This document shows positions 30,126-46,578 of a DNA stretch of 64,000 nt, in pieces. The translations under genes were made by a program, and so were the position numbers. The first letter of the stretch is position 1, and every line of letters begins with the position of its first letter. The notes beneath the pieces are model-generated. The model was not told where the DNA came from. It ran no database searches and saw only the letters and a list, made by a program, of their open reading frames with translations. The DNA comes from the human T2T-CHM13v2.0 reference genome, Homo sapiens. Location of the stretch: assembly GCF_009914755.1 (NCBI RefSeq), contig NC_060933.1; one strand, given 5' to 3'.

Positions 30126-32554
30126 CACACACACACACATTCAAGTGTTTAAAAGAGTATCTACATTCACCACCCCCTTCAAGCCTTTACTTAAATGTTG
30201 CCTTACCAAGGAGGACCTATCCTAATCATTTTTTAAATACCTCAATCTTCTCTAACCCTACACTCACACTTTACTTATTTTAAAACTAGATTAGAGGCAG
30301 TATTTTCTATCAGATTAGTGCTCCTGTGGTCAGTATTCAATTTATAACACACCTTAAAAGAATAAGGCAATTCATTGACTAGTCTTCTCCTGTAACAAGT
30401 AGCTCCCAGGGAATTCCACTTCCACAGGAGACAACGTTAGGCAAGGGGGGACTCAGGATGACAGCTCAGTGTGGGTGCATAGGAGGTGTCTGTGGTTCCT
30501 TGGAGGATGCACCTATTTTGTAAATAATGAAATTTACTATTTTACGAGTAGTAAAATAGGGAAAAGAATCCTCAGGTATAGAAGGTGGCCAGGGAGACTA
30601 CAGACCGAACTGATAACTGGTTTCCTTGGAGGAAGACTAGGATTCTTTTATATGTTATATAGTTGTGATCATTTAAAAAATAAGACTTTCTTATAATTTT
30701 CTGGAGATTCATTAAACTACAATACTTCATATGCAAAGGAAATTATGGCAATACATAAGTTACATAGCTCTTTGTGCCACAATATGTACGGTGAGCCAAA
30801 ATGGGATATTATATTTTTCTAGAAAAATCATTTTTACCCTCTCAAATGGTTGTGAGAGCAGCAAAAATAAAAACCTAAAATCTGTATTGTGGTTGCTAAC
30901 TTGAACCATGCCAATGAACATTCAAAAGATTAATCAAAGGCTTGACAGTTGTTAACAGTTCAACATGGTTCCCATAATTATCCAATTAAACATATAATGC
31001 AAATAATAGAAGTCTTATGGGTTCCATAGAGCATGAATATCAGGCTGCTTCAGAAAACTATTAACTGTAATGTACTGTCTGCTGAGTCTGAAGAAAGTGA
31101 AAGGAGAACTAGTACATTTATAAAGGAAGGCAAGGAGTAGAAAAATAGAGTGGAGAGACACATAACTCAAGCACTCTTTATGTGGTCATATAAACACAAC
31201 AGACAGTGGTAAAATCCAGAAAACAAAATTTAAGTAACAATTATTGTAAAACCAAAAGAATGTAGAGAAATGACTTTACCCTATAATTCCTACTGGCTGC
31301 ACTATATCCACAGCATACTTCAACCACACTTTTCTAGCTTGCTGCTAAGTTAGAAACATGGATGTAATTACAGTTGTTGGCTTTTGACTCTGTCTATAAA
31401 CCATGCAGAGATAAACTGCTATTAGTGAACATACCAACTCCATATAGTTGTGTTTTGACATTATAGGTAAAAACAATGAGAAGGAAAACTAACCACAGCA
31501 ATTATAAACAGCATGCTCCAGGGCATGTCAGGTCACTTATGACCTTGACTAAATGATTATAATCCTTAGGTTGTGTTCTCACACGTTCACATGCACACAC
31601 ACACACGTGCACACCCCACACGTGTTTTTTTTAGGGAAATTAATTCAGTGAACATAAGAATGACTAAATCTCATATTTATAAATGCCCAGAGGAACAAAA
31701 AATGGATGCTGCATAGGTCAAATATCTGTACTTTAAAAAATCTTATTATATTTCAAAAAACCAATGTAAACTTTAAAGGAAAAACTTTGTGGTAAGTGTT
31801 CATTCTAAAAATATTCTATTCCACAGCTCTGTCTACTCAGGGGGCAAGAAGAATTGCAGAAATTTGATTCAGTACAAAAACTTCTGCTACTATATAAATT
31901 GGATTTAAGTTACATTATTTGGAGGGCAATTTTTAAATATTTAAACCATTCCCTTACACTGATAACATTTTTTCAGTAACCATTCAACTATTTACCTCAT
32001 TTTATTTGCTACAGACAGAAATGCTGCATTCATTTCTTTTTGTAAAAGTCAGTCTTCTCCTCCCCTACTAAAGTGGTAACAAGCAATATCAAGAGGGCAA
32101 TAAATATCCCATAAATATTATTAAAGCATGATGTTCTCAGATAAAAAATCGTATTGTGTTTAATGACTTTTCTTCTAATATACAAAATTATTTGTACAAT
32201 CAGTAACAGTAGAGATGTGAAAATTAAAATAATGTTATATTACACATGGTGGACCACTTTGCAAAAGTCCAAATTACAAGTGATGTGACTTTCTAATGTG
32301 ATTACTCACAGAAATGGCAGTTGATAAACATAGTCTTTAGAGTGTGCTAAGGTCATTAAAACAGTCTCATCTATTTGCGTATTTCTTCAAAGTGTACTTT
32401 TTTAATGTGCCTTTCTTATTTGGTCTTCTTAACAATCTGATCAGGAAGGCAAGAGTAGTTGTCCTTTTTACAGATCAGGAAACAGGTTCCTGAAGGAGGG
32501 CGACTTTCCCAAAGCTACCAGACTAATGAGTTTCTGAATTAGGCCGCACAGCCA

Positions 32555-32790
32555 GGTGAGCTCCTCGTGCAGGGCTTCAGACCTGAACACCTGGGTTCAA
32601 ATACTTGTTCCTCCTTTTAACCACTGTTGTATGAACTTCGGTCATGACTGGCTCTCTCTTTGTCTGAGAACTTTACTTTCCATGATTATAATAGCTTCCA
32701 CATAAGTTAGTTGTGAGAATTAAATAAAACATGCTATGTGATGCCCTTAACACAGTCCCAGGCACATAGTAAGTGCTTAATAAATATTAG
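32555..32790 (+). mobile_element. MIR
   Basis: cctgggttcaaat...gttgtgagaattaaat...ggcacatagtaagtgcttaataaatattag. Confidence 0.75.
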
Positions 32791-34798
32791 ATGTTGCGGC
32801 TGTTGTTACTGTTACTATCATCTTAGAACTACTCTGGCTAAGTTTGGCAAGGTTAAAGGATTAAATAAATAACCACATAAATATCAAATCCAGAGATTAA
32901 CATTTAGCAAACATTTTAGTGCACATTTTTAAAGAGATTAACATTTAGCACACATTTTAAAAGAAAACGAACTGACATAACTGGGTATCACTGTGACTCC
33001 GGACTAGGGGCTCTTGGGGAATGACTCGCATCAGCCATTCTTAAAGGTTTTCTAGCAAAACGCTTGTGTATTTGTATCATTGCACCACTCACTGGACACA
33101 GGTTGAAGGAATTTAGATTGAGAAAAACTATGCAAATCAAAACTGTGGTAAAATGCAAGCATACTAGTGTCTGTATCCACTTTATCTTGGGGATCAAAGT
33201 TCCTCTGTTTTAACTGCCACATTCCATCCTGGACCTAATAGTTTCTGTGTAACTAACTGGCAAGTCTAGCATCTTGACTGAAAGTTCACAGTTAAGGGCT
33301 CTGACATAATGTCCTTGAGGACAATGGACTCCTCTTTCAGGGCAAGAGCAGTCCTGATCATGCTCAGGGCTGCATGAACTCAAGTTGATTTGGCCTGAGC
33401 CATCACTGCTCTTTTTAAAGGAAATGAAATCAGAAGAGAAAAATATCCATATTCACGTTAGGGAGCAAATATATAAAGTCAGTATGTTTAAATGTTGTGC
33501 GTTGGCATCCAGGAACACTCAAGAAAGCTCTGTTGCTTGTAGCTCACTGAGGGACAGAGGAACAGTGTCTGTAGGACAAACAGATGCACATCTAAGCAAG
33601 TAGAAAGAAGAAACATTTACAGTAGACAGGAAAAGACAAACCATACAATTATTTCTTTGTCTAGGTAGGTAGGTAGGACTACACTGAGATCTCATGAGAG
33701 TTCTCTAACTCTGCTTCATACACACATTATTATAAAATGTAGCTTATAACCCTTGGAGATGCAGAGAAGACCCTTTTTTAAAAAATAGTTTTACTGGAGA
33801 AGTAGTGGGAGTGAAGCTGGGAATATGAGCTGGGAAGGGGCAGTCATGGGTTGAATTCTGACTCTGCCTCTTACTAGCTTTCGGATTGGAGAGTTATTCA
33901 AGATATTTAACCTCAATTTCTTTATCTATTATTTGATGAGAATACCTAGTTCCCTGGGTAACTGTAATCATTATAATAAATAATTAATGGGGGGAATGGG
34001 ACATTTTGTTGTTTTTACTATTACTAATATTGCTACCAATTAATACTAACATAATTATAAAACAGTAATAATAAGGAGGATTGCTGTCTTTCAGAAGAGA
34101 AAGGGAAGTCATTTCTGGATCTTTCCATACATCTTCTTTCTCACTAAGATTCATAGCCTTATCTAAGAAGAAAATCAATCTTTGAAACCAAAAAAATGAA
34201 TGTAATGTATAGGAATAAGGGGTGGCGGAATTTTTGTCCTGCAAACTTATGATGATTTACAAACCTCATAAACTCTTATCTAAATAATCCACAAAGTGAG
34301 CACTCAAAATTCAAAAGTTTTTGAATTAAAAATGGACTCTGTTTAGAAAGATGCAACCAAAAAACTTATGGAAACTAAAATATACGTTCTTTGTTCATCT
34401 ATTTCCTTCAGAAAACTTTCATAACAGAAAGAGCCCAGAGTCCATTTACTCAAGTGTACATAGATATTTTATTTGAAAAATATCCCAACTTTTCAAATCA
34501 ATAAGAAAAACAGAAGAAAAATTTATTCTAAGACTTCTAAGGAAAACCATTAATCTAGCATAGGGTGAGTGGGATAGGGAAGATCTTTATCATAAGTCAA
34601 CAATGAAGACCATGATACCTATTCTTGAACAGTTGGATTCCTAAGTATGGCTCTTGACTTGCTTAATCCTCTCTTTAAGGACATTTTATTTTCCCTATGT
34701 AGCCTTTGTGGACTGCACAATAAACACATCCAATTTCAAGGTCTCCTACATAAGCAGCATAGAGCAAGAGAAAACAAAAAATGAGGAAGACTGCTTAG

Positions 34799-35196
<398 letters not shown>

Positions 35197-35364
35197 TATT
35201 TCAATTCTTTTTAGTGTGTCAATAAGTGAAATGAGTTTTTTTTAATATGTAGAGGTTATTTCAGACTATATAATATTTTCTTTTGTCTCTTTTACCCTAC
35301 TGGGGCCAGAGGAAGTTCATTATCTAGAATTACAGTTAAGAAAGAAGTCCAGCGATAACTGCAT

Positions 35365-35530
35365 GGATCAAAATTCTGACTCTGTCACTTAACTAGCTTG
35401 CCCTCAGAGTTCTCATTTGTGAAAGGGCAGTAAAGTATCTACCTCATATGGTTACCAGGGAATAAAGGAGTCAAACAGGTGACTTTGCAAACAATACCTG
35501 GCGCATAGTAAATGCTCACTAAATGTTAGC
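35365..35530 (+). mobile_element. MIR fragment
   Basis: ttctgactctgtcactt...cctggcgcatagtaaatgctcactaaatgttagct. Confidence 0.65.
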
Positions 35531-36670
35531 TAAATGGCAATGGTCACATGTGGAAAAGCACCACAGCTAGAAAATCCTACCCACCTTAAGTGGGTATCAC
35601 TTAAGCATCAGGTCACTATGTAAAGCCTTAACTTGTAAGATTGGTATTATCTCCATTTTACACAAGAAGAAATGGAGCCTCTGGGACTTCAAAACACTTG
35701 CTGAAAGTTATACAGTTAAAAAATGGCAAAAACAAGATTTTAGATAGTACTCCTGATTTCCAACTTTTTGACTATTTCCAGGGCTCCTTCTAGCAAGTTC
35801 CAACGCCATGCACACCTAGTCACCGCCCCTTGATGATGGGACACCACCAGACTGACATGTTCACTGCAAAACCTGCAACAAGTCTGCTGACATCTGAGGA
35901 GTTGGAGAAATTATTGGGTGTACCCCAATGCCACATTCTATTATTCTTTAATTTGTTCCATTAAGTGCAATCATCTTCAGGAAGCCTAACACATACTCAC
36001 TATTCCTCCAAGTTTCATTACAGTTCTTGCTTACTCACTTTTGAATGGGAGGGTGCTAGGGCCACTCAGAACCCAATGCAATTGCTCCAGTTAGGAGCAG
36101 CGCAGAGTCCAGAAATATATCCTGACACATTTCCAACCTCCTGCAAAAAAAGCTACATGCTACAAGATGTCATAACAAGCATGCTTGTATGCTTGTTATG
36201 TATAACTACCATGTACACACTACAAAAATATTTTTTGTCATACAGAGAAAATTATACTTGTTCATCACAATAATCCATTCTCATGATCTCACTATTTTCT
36301 CAGAAGTTGTCACAAGTTTTCATGTCATTTCTTTCAGATGATGTTTGTATAATCACTACCATTACTCTTTTTATAACTTATTAAGCACTTAATGGGAACA
36401 CTTAAGAAAAAAGAACAACAAAAATTGGGTAATTCTTCTTAAACTGTCTCTCACTACTATAAAATCTGTAAAATGTCTGTCTTCTCTATATTGCAATTTT
36501 AGGACCTGGCAGAGTGCCTGATACATAGTAGGTGCTCAGTGAATAGTTGTTGAATGAATAAGCCGCTTCACTGCAGACAGAATGGCTTTTAAATGCCATC
36601 ATAAAGGGGCAAACTGAGAAAGATTTCTTTTTAAATGTCAGTGTTCATAATCTCCCTACATGTGCACAAC

Positions 36671-36857
36671 ATAATCAACACTGAACTAAAGAATCAACAA
36701 AACCCACTGTATATCACCTTATAAGAGAACAAGGGGAAGAGAAGTATGAAAATAAGAAAACCTGATCACTGCCATCTAAGAACTTTCATTCACTTTTTAT
36801 TTGCCTGAGGAGATGGGGAAGTACAGAGGAACTGAGAATTTCACAAACTAGGTTCAA
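36671..36857. repeat. Local direct duplication, copy 1
   Basis: Matches 39070-39251. Confidence 0.92.
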
Positions 36858-36923
36858 ATCTATCTTTGGGTATATGATTTGTAACCTTAAAAGATTGAAA
36901 GCTACTTTAAAAGAGCTATTATA

Positions 36924-37495
<572 letters not shown>

Positions 37496-38854
37496 CACAG
37501 TTTTCATTTTACACTTTTTTCTGCAATTACCTATGAGGAAACACCTATATTCTGGAAGAGGCATCATTTACAGAGAACAAAATATTTAAAGCTGGGTGTT
37601 ATTTTATTGTTGGGTGTGTCACTAGATCAGCCCATTGCTTTTAGCAGCAAAAAAGTATAAATTTGCATCAGGTCAGATATTTTAGTCTGACAATAAAACA
37701 TACCTCATCAAACAAAAACCATTTTTTCTTCTGCTGAGTTCAACAGCCACACTTGATTTTTAAAATAATAATGATAGTCATGTAAACTGGATGCAAAACT
37801 CAACTCAGCTAACTTAAGAATATTTTTAAATACAGTATATTTGCAGAATATTTTGCTTTCTAGATTTTTTAATTGCCTATAGAATTATCTTCTCAATTCC
37901 AAAATATCTTAAAACAAATTATTGACACATGACAAATATATATTGACAATTTTGATTCAAGATTATATAACATAAACAATTGAAATACCAGAATTAGTTT
38001 TAAAAGATACTTTACGAAACATTTTAAGACAATGTGTATAGGACATACACTGAAATCTAAGAGCTAAACTATATTTAAGAATAATTTAGATATCAGAGTT
38101 CAATGTTACGATTCAATAATAAAAAAGAGATTAATCAATCAAAGCCATTTAGTATTAAATATTTTGGCATCTGTGTTAAAATTCCTATTAGATTCTTTTA
38201 TTAACTTTTTTTTAACAGAACACCAAATTTGTCACCAAAACAAACATTCCCAAAACAGTATATATCAATGCCAAATGCAGTTAATTTATGTGAAAAGTAG
38301 ACTCTTGGTTATCTGTTTCATTTTGTTTTGGTTTTGTTACATAACCCCTGAGAAAACTCTGCTTAACACTCACCTCCTCTCCGTGACCTTTCCATTGCAG
38401 TCCCACAGGGTTCCCTCCCAGAAAGCTCCGCAAATCTAACTATATATAGTAGTTGGTGAGAGGGTTAGTTAGTTGTATACTTGTCCCACTATCTTTGGTA
38501 TTTTTGTTTTTCATAAACACTGCAAGTGACCATGACCCTCTCATTTCTACTTGTAAATTACTCGGACAAGGCCATCAGTATTTCACCGTTTTTTCCTAGC
38601 TCCTTAAAATATTGAAAACAGTGCTCAGTACAGTGCTTCCACTCCATAAATGCATTTCTCATTTTTTCACCTTTAGTTCAAATGTTCTATATTTTCCTTG
38701 AAGGATATATTTTCATAAATCCACAAATGCCTACTTCTTTGACTATACGATGATACATACGGAATCATATTAAACACATACCAAAATAAAAGGATTTAAT
38801 ATACCACATATATATTATATCTTGTCCTTTTTTATTAGTCATTAGATTTTCCAA

Positions 38855-38856
<2 letters not shown>

Positions 38857-38892
<36 letters not shown>

Positions 38893-39070
38893 TGTGTATA
38901 TGCATATATATATATATACACATATATATATATTTGGTATGCCAAATATATAATATTTACCAAAATATATAATATATACCAAATATATAATTTGGTATAC
39001 CAAATACACATATATATATATGCATACACATACACACACACACATATACATGTACATACATTAATATATA
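38857..39070. repeat. (GT)n-(TA)n-(CA)n compound palindromic microsatellite
   Basis: GT-rich left arm, AC-rich right arm, internal tttggtataccaaa palindromes. Confidence 0.9.
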
Positions 39071-39251
39071 TAATCAACACTGAACTAAAGAATCAACAAG
39101 CCCACTGTATATTGCCTTATAGAGAACAAGGGGAAAAGAAGTATGAAAATAACACCTGATCACTGTCATCTAAGAACTTATGTTCACTTTTTATTTGGCT
39201 GAGGGGATGGGGCAGTATAGACGAACTAAGAATTTCACAAACTAGGTTCAA
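39070..39251. repeat. Local direct duplication, copy 2
   Basis: Matches 36671-36857; flanked on both sides by TA/CA-rich simple repeat. Confidence 0.92.
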
Positions 39252-39428
39252 TATATATTTGGTATACCAATATTTGGTAGTTGGTGAGAAGGTTATATTT
39301 TCCTATATATTTGGTATACCATATAGATATAGATAGATAGATATACACACACACACATATAAATACACATATATATGCACATACATATACATACATACAT
39401 ACACACACATATAAATACATATGCACAC
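39252..39428. repeat. TA/CA/GATA simple repeat
   Basis: Seen directly; includes further tttggtatacca units. Confidence 0.85.
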
Positions 39429-40965
39429 TTTGAAAAAATCTAAAGACTAATAAAAAATGACAAGATAAGGATTATTATCCAGGGACTTAATTATATTACC
39501 AGTGAAATGATTTTTTAAATGATGTGTCATTTTTAATGAATAAGAGAAAACAGTCAAAATTATTCTTCAGGGAATAATCTTACTCATAATATTGAGATAT
39601 TTCTTCCAACCTTATTTGTGGGACTAAAAGTCAGTGCTATTGGAAACATAAAGGAAAAAAATAAACACATCACCATTCCAGACCATGAAAATGTTTGGGA
39701 TTTTAAAGTCTTAGTTCCTTGCATAAATAAATACCATCACCTTGAACACTCCCCGCTAGGCAACAGTTACGAGTATGTTCACTTTTATCTCCCATTATGT
39801 TTGTGCCTGGGATTGTCTTATACCCAAATGAAAGACCTCATGAAAAATGGATAGTAGTAAAGTATACTGGATTGTACCAGGAAATTTATACAAGAATCTA
39901 TCATGTCTTTGTACTCTAGGGAAGGTTATTTCCTTAAGTAACTCACAAATATTGAAACAGGCATTGTGATTAGCTGTGGCTCTATACCATTCACATTAGG
40001 AGTGGATTTTGAGACATTACATAGCAATTACAGTATTTAAATTTTTGCCATATACCTAGGAAACTGGAAAATTTGCCAAATTTAATATTTTTCTCCGCAC
40101 TTTAGGCATAGCATTGCCCTTAACTTAAAGCTCTGCCCACAAAAGGGAGACCAAGTCTTCTGGAAAGCTCAGAGAAAGTATTGCACGTCTACAATACGGC
40201 AGGTGCGGCGGTAAGCACTTCACAAGTATTTTCTCAGTTTACCCTCACAATTGCCAAATAAAGTGCATGCCTACTCCAGAGCTCAGGAAACTGAATCTTA
40301 GAAAATAAAACTAATTTACCCAACTACATAGTGAATAGTATAAAACAAACATTAAAACTCACAGCAAGATTCCAGAATACGTGCTATTGCTAATACAGAC
40401 CCTGTAATTCACATGGTTTTATTTTACTCATTCTTAACATTAAAAATATACACATAAAGTGGAAATGTATTTCTAAAACAGTGACCAATCACTAGTGCAT
40501 ATACAAAAGAAAGAAAACAAGCCTCAGTAAAAAGGAGATTTTCCTAGTTTGAGGAACTTTCTTGTGTTACCTCAGTAACAGTAATCTGATTTGCCCCTAA
40601 TGTTCTATATTCAGTATAAATAACTTGCATGCATTCATCCATTCATTCAACAAATACATATTATCTATTTTATAGTATGCTCTCATAACATTTCTATTGA
40701 TTGTGGTTTCCTGTACTTGCATTGTACCCATCTTTTGTTCACCTATTTTTCCATCAACAATTGTGCCTGAAAAACATGCTTTCAAACTTTCACCATATAC
40801 TGTCAAACTAGAAATTAGCTACTAGAAGTAGCTGATATTAAACTTTTTCTAATACTCTAATATCTCTGTTTCAATGTGTTAATCTTTGCCTTATTCCAGA
40901 GTCTCTTGATATACATAAGCACACACAGGGCATTTCTAAAACATAAATTATAGACAACTCTTTCA

Positions 40966-41274
<309 letters not shown>

Positions 41275-44200
41275 TTAACAAAAAGATTCATTGAAAGTTG
41301 CTTTTTGAAATTAAATTCCCCTTGTAAATTTCATATGTTTTATTTACTAAATATTAAACTAATAAAAAAATTCTCAGAAACATCTCTTAAATAAAAGAGA
41401 TATGGATGTTTGTTTTAAACTTAAAAAAAAATTCTTTAACTGAGATGATACATGCCACACAAAGGAAAAGGGAGATGTAGTAATTATCAAGCTAATCGGA
41501 AAATTACAAACACCCAAAAGCAGAACTTCTAACAGCTCCTCATAACTAGCTCTGACCTTTTCTTTAAAAATCTGACTTTCAGTTAAAAAAAAAAAAAGTT
41601 TTCTTATAACAAATCTCAATCATCTTTTCTTATGTTATTGGAAAATTGGCCATATATTTTTAATGGGTCCTTTCTGTTTTTCAACCAGCATCAAATTTTG
41701 GTATTAGTTGAGTGCAATTTAGTGTATCTTCCATCCACACACAAAAAAAGAGAAAGACCATGGCTGCAGATTGATTTCGTTAGAATACTTCCTATGAAAA
41801 TGTATAAAAGAAAAAACCTAGTCTCTTGAATTAATTTATCTTAATTACAAATGATAATACAAGATGTTTAATCATTATTTTTCTTCTATTTTCCTTTAAA
41901 AATTGCTGCCATGTTTTCACGAAATAATAACCTTTCATTATTTTTTGATAATTTACGTTTATTTTTCCTCCTACAGCAGTAAAAGTAACGCATCCAAAGA
42001 AGCACTGGGCCTCTCTTAGACTCAGTATCCCAAACTGTAAAGTGAGAAGATCTGTAGGGATTTTCCCGGCTCTAAAATTCTACAAGTTAAAGACCTCTTT
42101 CTTAAAAAGTAAGCTTTTATCTACATTGAACCAAATGAGTTAACTATTGGACTTTGAAATGAGCAACATGAAAGTGTTACTCAAGAGTCAGGTTACACAT
42201 TTTCTATTTCTCTTTAATAAATAAAATGTATTAAAACCCTAAATTTAACAAGCATGTGCTAAACTTTATTAAGTATTGCTTACTATGAAGAGGACTGCTC
42301 TCTGCCAAGATAACCAGAAACCAAATTCCTAGGATGCTAGAGCTAACAGGGATAGTGGATGTCCTCTAGGCCAATTCTCTTCCCTGACAGATACAGAAAC
42401 TGAGTTACTGAGAGGGACAAAGTTTCCCAAGCACCTGCAAACAGTAGGACCAGCAATGTTTTTCTCTTCCACTTCAGCAAGCTGCTTCAATCACTATATG
42501 GCGTAGAGTGAATCTCTACATCAGTAAACAAAGGAATGGAAGAAGGTAATTCCATTATCAGGTCACTAAATAATTTAGAGTCTAATTTTTCTTTTTTTAA
42601 TGTAAAGACCTTATGTTCAGAAACTTACATTTCAAAGTACATTAAGTAAAATTATGTCCATACGCAGATATGTCTTCTCCTATATGCATCTTAATAAACA
42701 AAAAAAATTATCGTCATCCCCTACAAAACAAAAACTGAAATTAAAAGAAAGAATAGAGTAAATCTAAATTGTATATTTTCATTCCTTCTAAAAGGATTAA
42801 ATAACAGAATTCTAAATGGTTTGTTTGTACTTTCCATGCAATATGTAGATTAACCATGAAATTCTGTTTGGGACACTTTGACATCTGTTTTCAGTGCGTT
42901 ACAATGAAATCTGGGGACTTGATACATACATTTGCTGTAATAAAACTGTCACTAATCAGTGTTTTCCAAAATATTGCCCATAACTATTACTATTCAGTAG
43001 TCTCATTTGCATGATCTAATATTGTTGCTACATCATGTTTTTCCCTGACAATGTGTTAGCTAGTCCCAGGCACATGGTCGAAAATGGCTGCAAACCACTC
43101 AATAATCCCAGCATTTCCATAGTACTCTGTATATATGCACGCAATCTGTCCTAGAATTGAACCAACACTTCATCCTTCATGAAATATTTTCTCTGTAACT
43201 GGAACACCCAAGGTTGAATTCACATCCCTGAGTATGAAAAACTCAACAATAATAAAGAAGCCCATGGTGAGGAGGAAATTACGCCTCATGGGCCTTCCAC
43301 AACAGGAGACGCAAACATAATCCTTACTCAGAAGTCCCTTCAACAAAGCTGTAATGATGATGCTTTCTGAACATAAGTGCGGAGTCTATCATTAACTTAG
43401 ACCATTTCTATGAACTAAAGAATAAGACTGGACTAGACTTTAAAACGGAGTCTACTTCCCTTTCTCTAGGATTAGTAGACAGCCTTATCAATGCCAGATA
43501 CCAAGAGCCACAAGTTCACAAGATATTAACACAAACTCCTGGATATTAGATTGAAAAACTGTTTCCGTTTCATATTGCATATATCTGGTATGTCATGTAC
43601 AAAATATGGATCTCAGGGGAAAAGTAAGTCTGACAGCCCAAACATGGTATTCACCAAAAAACAAAACCTTACTAAAAACAGTCTGTCTACCTATGTTGAT
43701 TCTAAATGAATTCCGTATTTTATCAGTACTTGGCATTATATTCATATTGCTCAACAGTCCAAAATAATTTCATCTTGTCCTCCCATGAACTCATCTTAAA
43801 CCCAAAATATGTTTCTCCATGCACATGTTTTATATTATACGAATGTTGGATACGAAAAGCAGATTAATTGTAGGCCCTAATGCTGTGTTTGTTAGTACTA
43901 AGAAGTCATTCCAAATGTTCCAAAAGGGATTAATGTAGTATAACAAGTCTATTTAATTACTGTAAGACCAGTGATCCTCATATTACTATAAGCAGCTTTT
44001 CCCTTATTTGGAGACTGTAAATAGAACAGAAATTGTTACATGATAACTATAAGTCATATCCTAAAATGTTGATGCTTTACCATCAGGAATAAAGAAATAT
44101 GCAAGCATCTCTGAGAGGCTATGAAAGGCAACTAGAATTTAACAACCATGTATACGCTCCCACTTTAAGTGAACATCAACTTTAAATCATAAGTGTAAGC

Positions 44201-45125
44201 AAAGCTTTTCAAATACATTAGAAAGACATCATATCAAATCTTTCTGCCATCAACAGCAATCCCAGTTTACATATGTTTAAAAACTGTGGCTGCACTTTGT
44301 TTCATGTATATGATTTTCGAGTTTTGTGTATCCCATGAACAGAACTGCTACTAAACACCAGTGTGTTATCAAAAAGAAAAGGAATGCCACAGATTATTAA
44401 AAATTATGTGCCAGAATCCAAACAAGCTAATCAATGTACTGATCCTGCTTTCCGTACACCCTAGTTACCCTTTAACTAATGGACAAACAGTGAAATAACT
44501 TTTCCTATTAACTCCTGGCTAGAACCCCTAGGTACGTGATACACTTATTATAAAGTGCTCCATATAAGAATATGATGCCTTTTTACCCTACGTCAATGTG
44601 ACACGTGATTTAAATTTTCCTAGTAGGGATTGTGGATATGAGCTAATCTCTCCACTTTCCAAACCTCCTGTGCAAAGTGAGGGGTGCAGTTCAGTGGCCG
44701 TAGGGAAACAAGCACCGAAACTAGTTCCTCCAAGGACCTCCATGGACACAACCAACCAGAGCTACTGAAGTCAAACACGGTGATCCCAAATCACAGTTTC
44801 GTAAGAAGTAAATGTTGTAACCATTCTCCACTTGGCTTCCAGTTGTTCTTAGCAAAAGTGAAGTCAATTTCAGTAATAAATGTTAACTTATTTCCTACGG
44901 AGCTCATTTAATTATTTAATTTTCTTAACACGATAGAAAAGGAGGAATGGGAAAGAGTGACTTAAAGGAGAAAAATTAAATGGCAATAAAATCAAAACAA
45001 TTCATGCAACTGATTAAACGGTTTGAGGTTTTGACTCAACTAAGGGTCATTTTTAAATATGATACTTTCGGACTTTAAAAAGAGTCTGAAAACCAGCAGC
45101 ATGCTTTTTTAAGGACAATCCAGTT

Positions 45126-45450
<325 letters not shown>

Positions 45451-46029
45451 GCACTATCCCATCTAGCCACATCATCATCACTTCTGCCGAAACAAATCTA
45501 AAACGTAAGTGTAGTTCTCCCAAATGGTGGCAATTTAATTTTTTTGTACATGACAGTTTTACACTTTTATTGGAGTGCAGTGAATTACGAGTACTTGATA
45601 GGACACCCTTTACCCACACCAAAATTGAGTTATTTATTCAGAGAGCCACTAATAAAATTATTTGATTCCTTCCCTTCAAATATACCTAGATTGATCAATA
45701 AATTTAGTCTCTGGTAAATCTGAGACAAAAAGGCTTCTAAAACCATACAATCATTCTAATTTAAATGGGTTTTAAAACTACACACAACTAGCTAACTTCA
45801 TGTGCCTACACAAAGAGTTTTCACTAACAAATATTCACGCGCACTACAGTGAGCAGGACTTCGATTTCCTCTTTGGTATGTCTTGTTACCTGAGATAAAT
45901 ATGAACTAAATGATGACCCTCTGCTTCATATCCAGTCATTCCTTTTTTTCACTACTGGATAGTCTCCCTGGCAGTCTACATTATGCTATTTTCCTTCATA
46001 TATAGTAGTAATTGCTATTATTAACATTA

Positions 46030-46215
46030 TTGCTTTTACTTACATGAATTATTTCATTTAATCCTAAAGCAACACAGTGAAGTAGGCATTTTAATCCTCG
46101 ATTTACAGAACAGAAAAGCAAAGCACATGGAGCTGAAGTGACTTGACCAAGGTCACAAAGCAGATAAATGGCAGAGCCAAGACTAGAACCCCAAATGTCA
46201 AATTCTATGCACATG
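46030..46215 (-). mobile_element. MIR
   Basis: tttcatttaatcct...gaagtgacttgaccaaggtcaca...aaatggcagagccaagactagaaccc. Confidence 0.75.
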
Positions 46216-46220
46216 ATTTT

Positions 46221-46578
46221 TGTTACAAAATGAATGTTTGGGTCTTCCCCAAATTCCTACGTTGAAATCCTAACCCCCAATCTGATGGTATTAGGAGGTG
46301 GGGCCTTTGGGAGATAATTAGGTCATGAGATTGGAGCTTTCATAAACAGGATTAGTGCCCTTATAAAAGAGATCCCAGAGAGCTCTCACTCTTTTGCTGC
46401 ATGTACGGAAACAAGGAGAAGTTGGCACTCTGCCACCCGGAAGAGAGCCCTCGCTGGAACTTGACTATGCTGGCACTCTGCTCCTGGGCTTCCAGCCTCC
46501 AGAACTGGGAGAAATAAGTTTTAGTGTCTGTAAGTCACACAGTTTATGTTATTTTGTTATAGTAGCCTGAACTAAGAC
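46221..46578 (+). mobile_element. MaLR solo LTR (MLT1A/MST-like)
   Basis: TG...CA termini; gttgaaatcctaaccccc...ggtattaggaggtggggcctttggg...ttttgttatagtagcctgaactaagaca. Confidence 0.87.

Noticed and set aside
32892-32952. Short duplication agagattaacatttagca
   Set aside because: Ordinary slippage duplication in AT-rich DNA.
38835-39426. CV/YI/HT-repeat ORFs
   Set aside because: Translations of dinucleotide microsatellites.
46422-46436. NFI-like site TTGGCACTCTGCCAC
   Set aside because: Lies inside a MaLR LTR; probably inherited from the repeat or arisen by drift.
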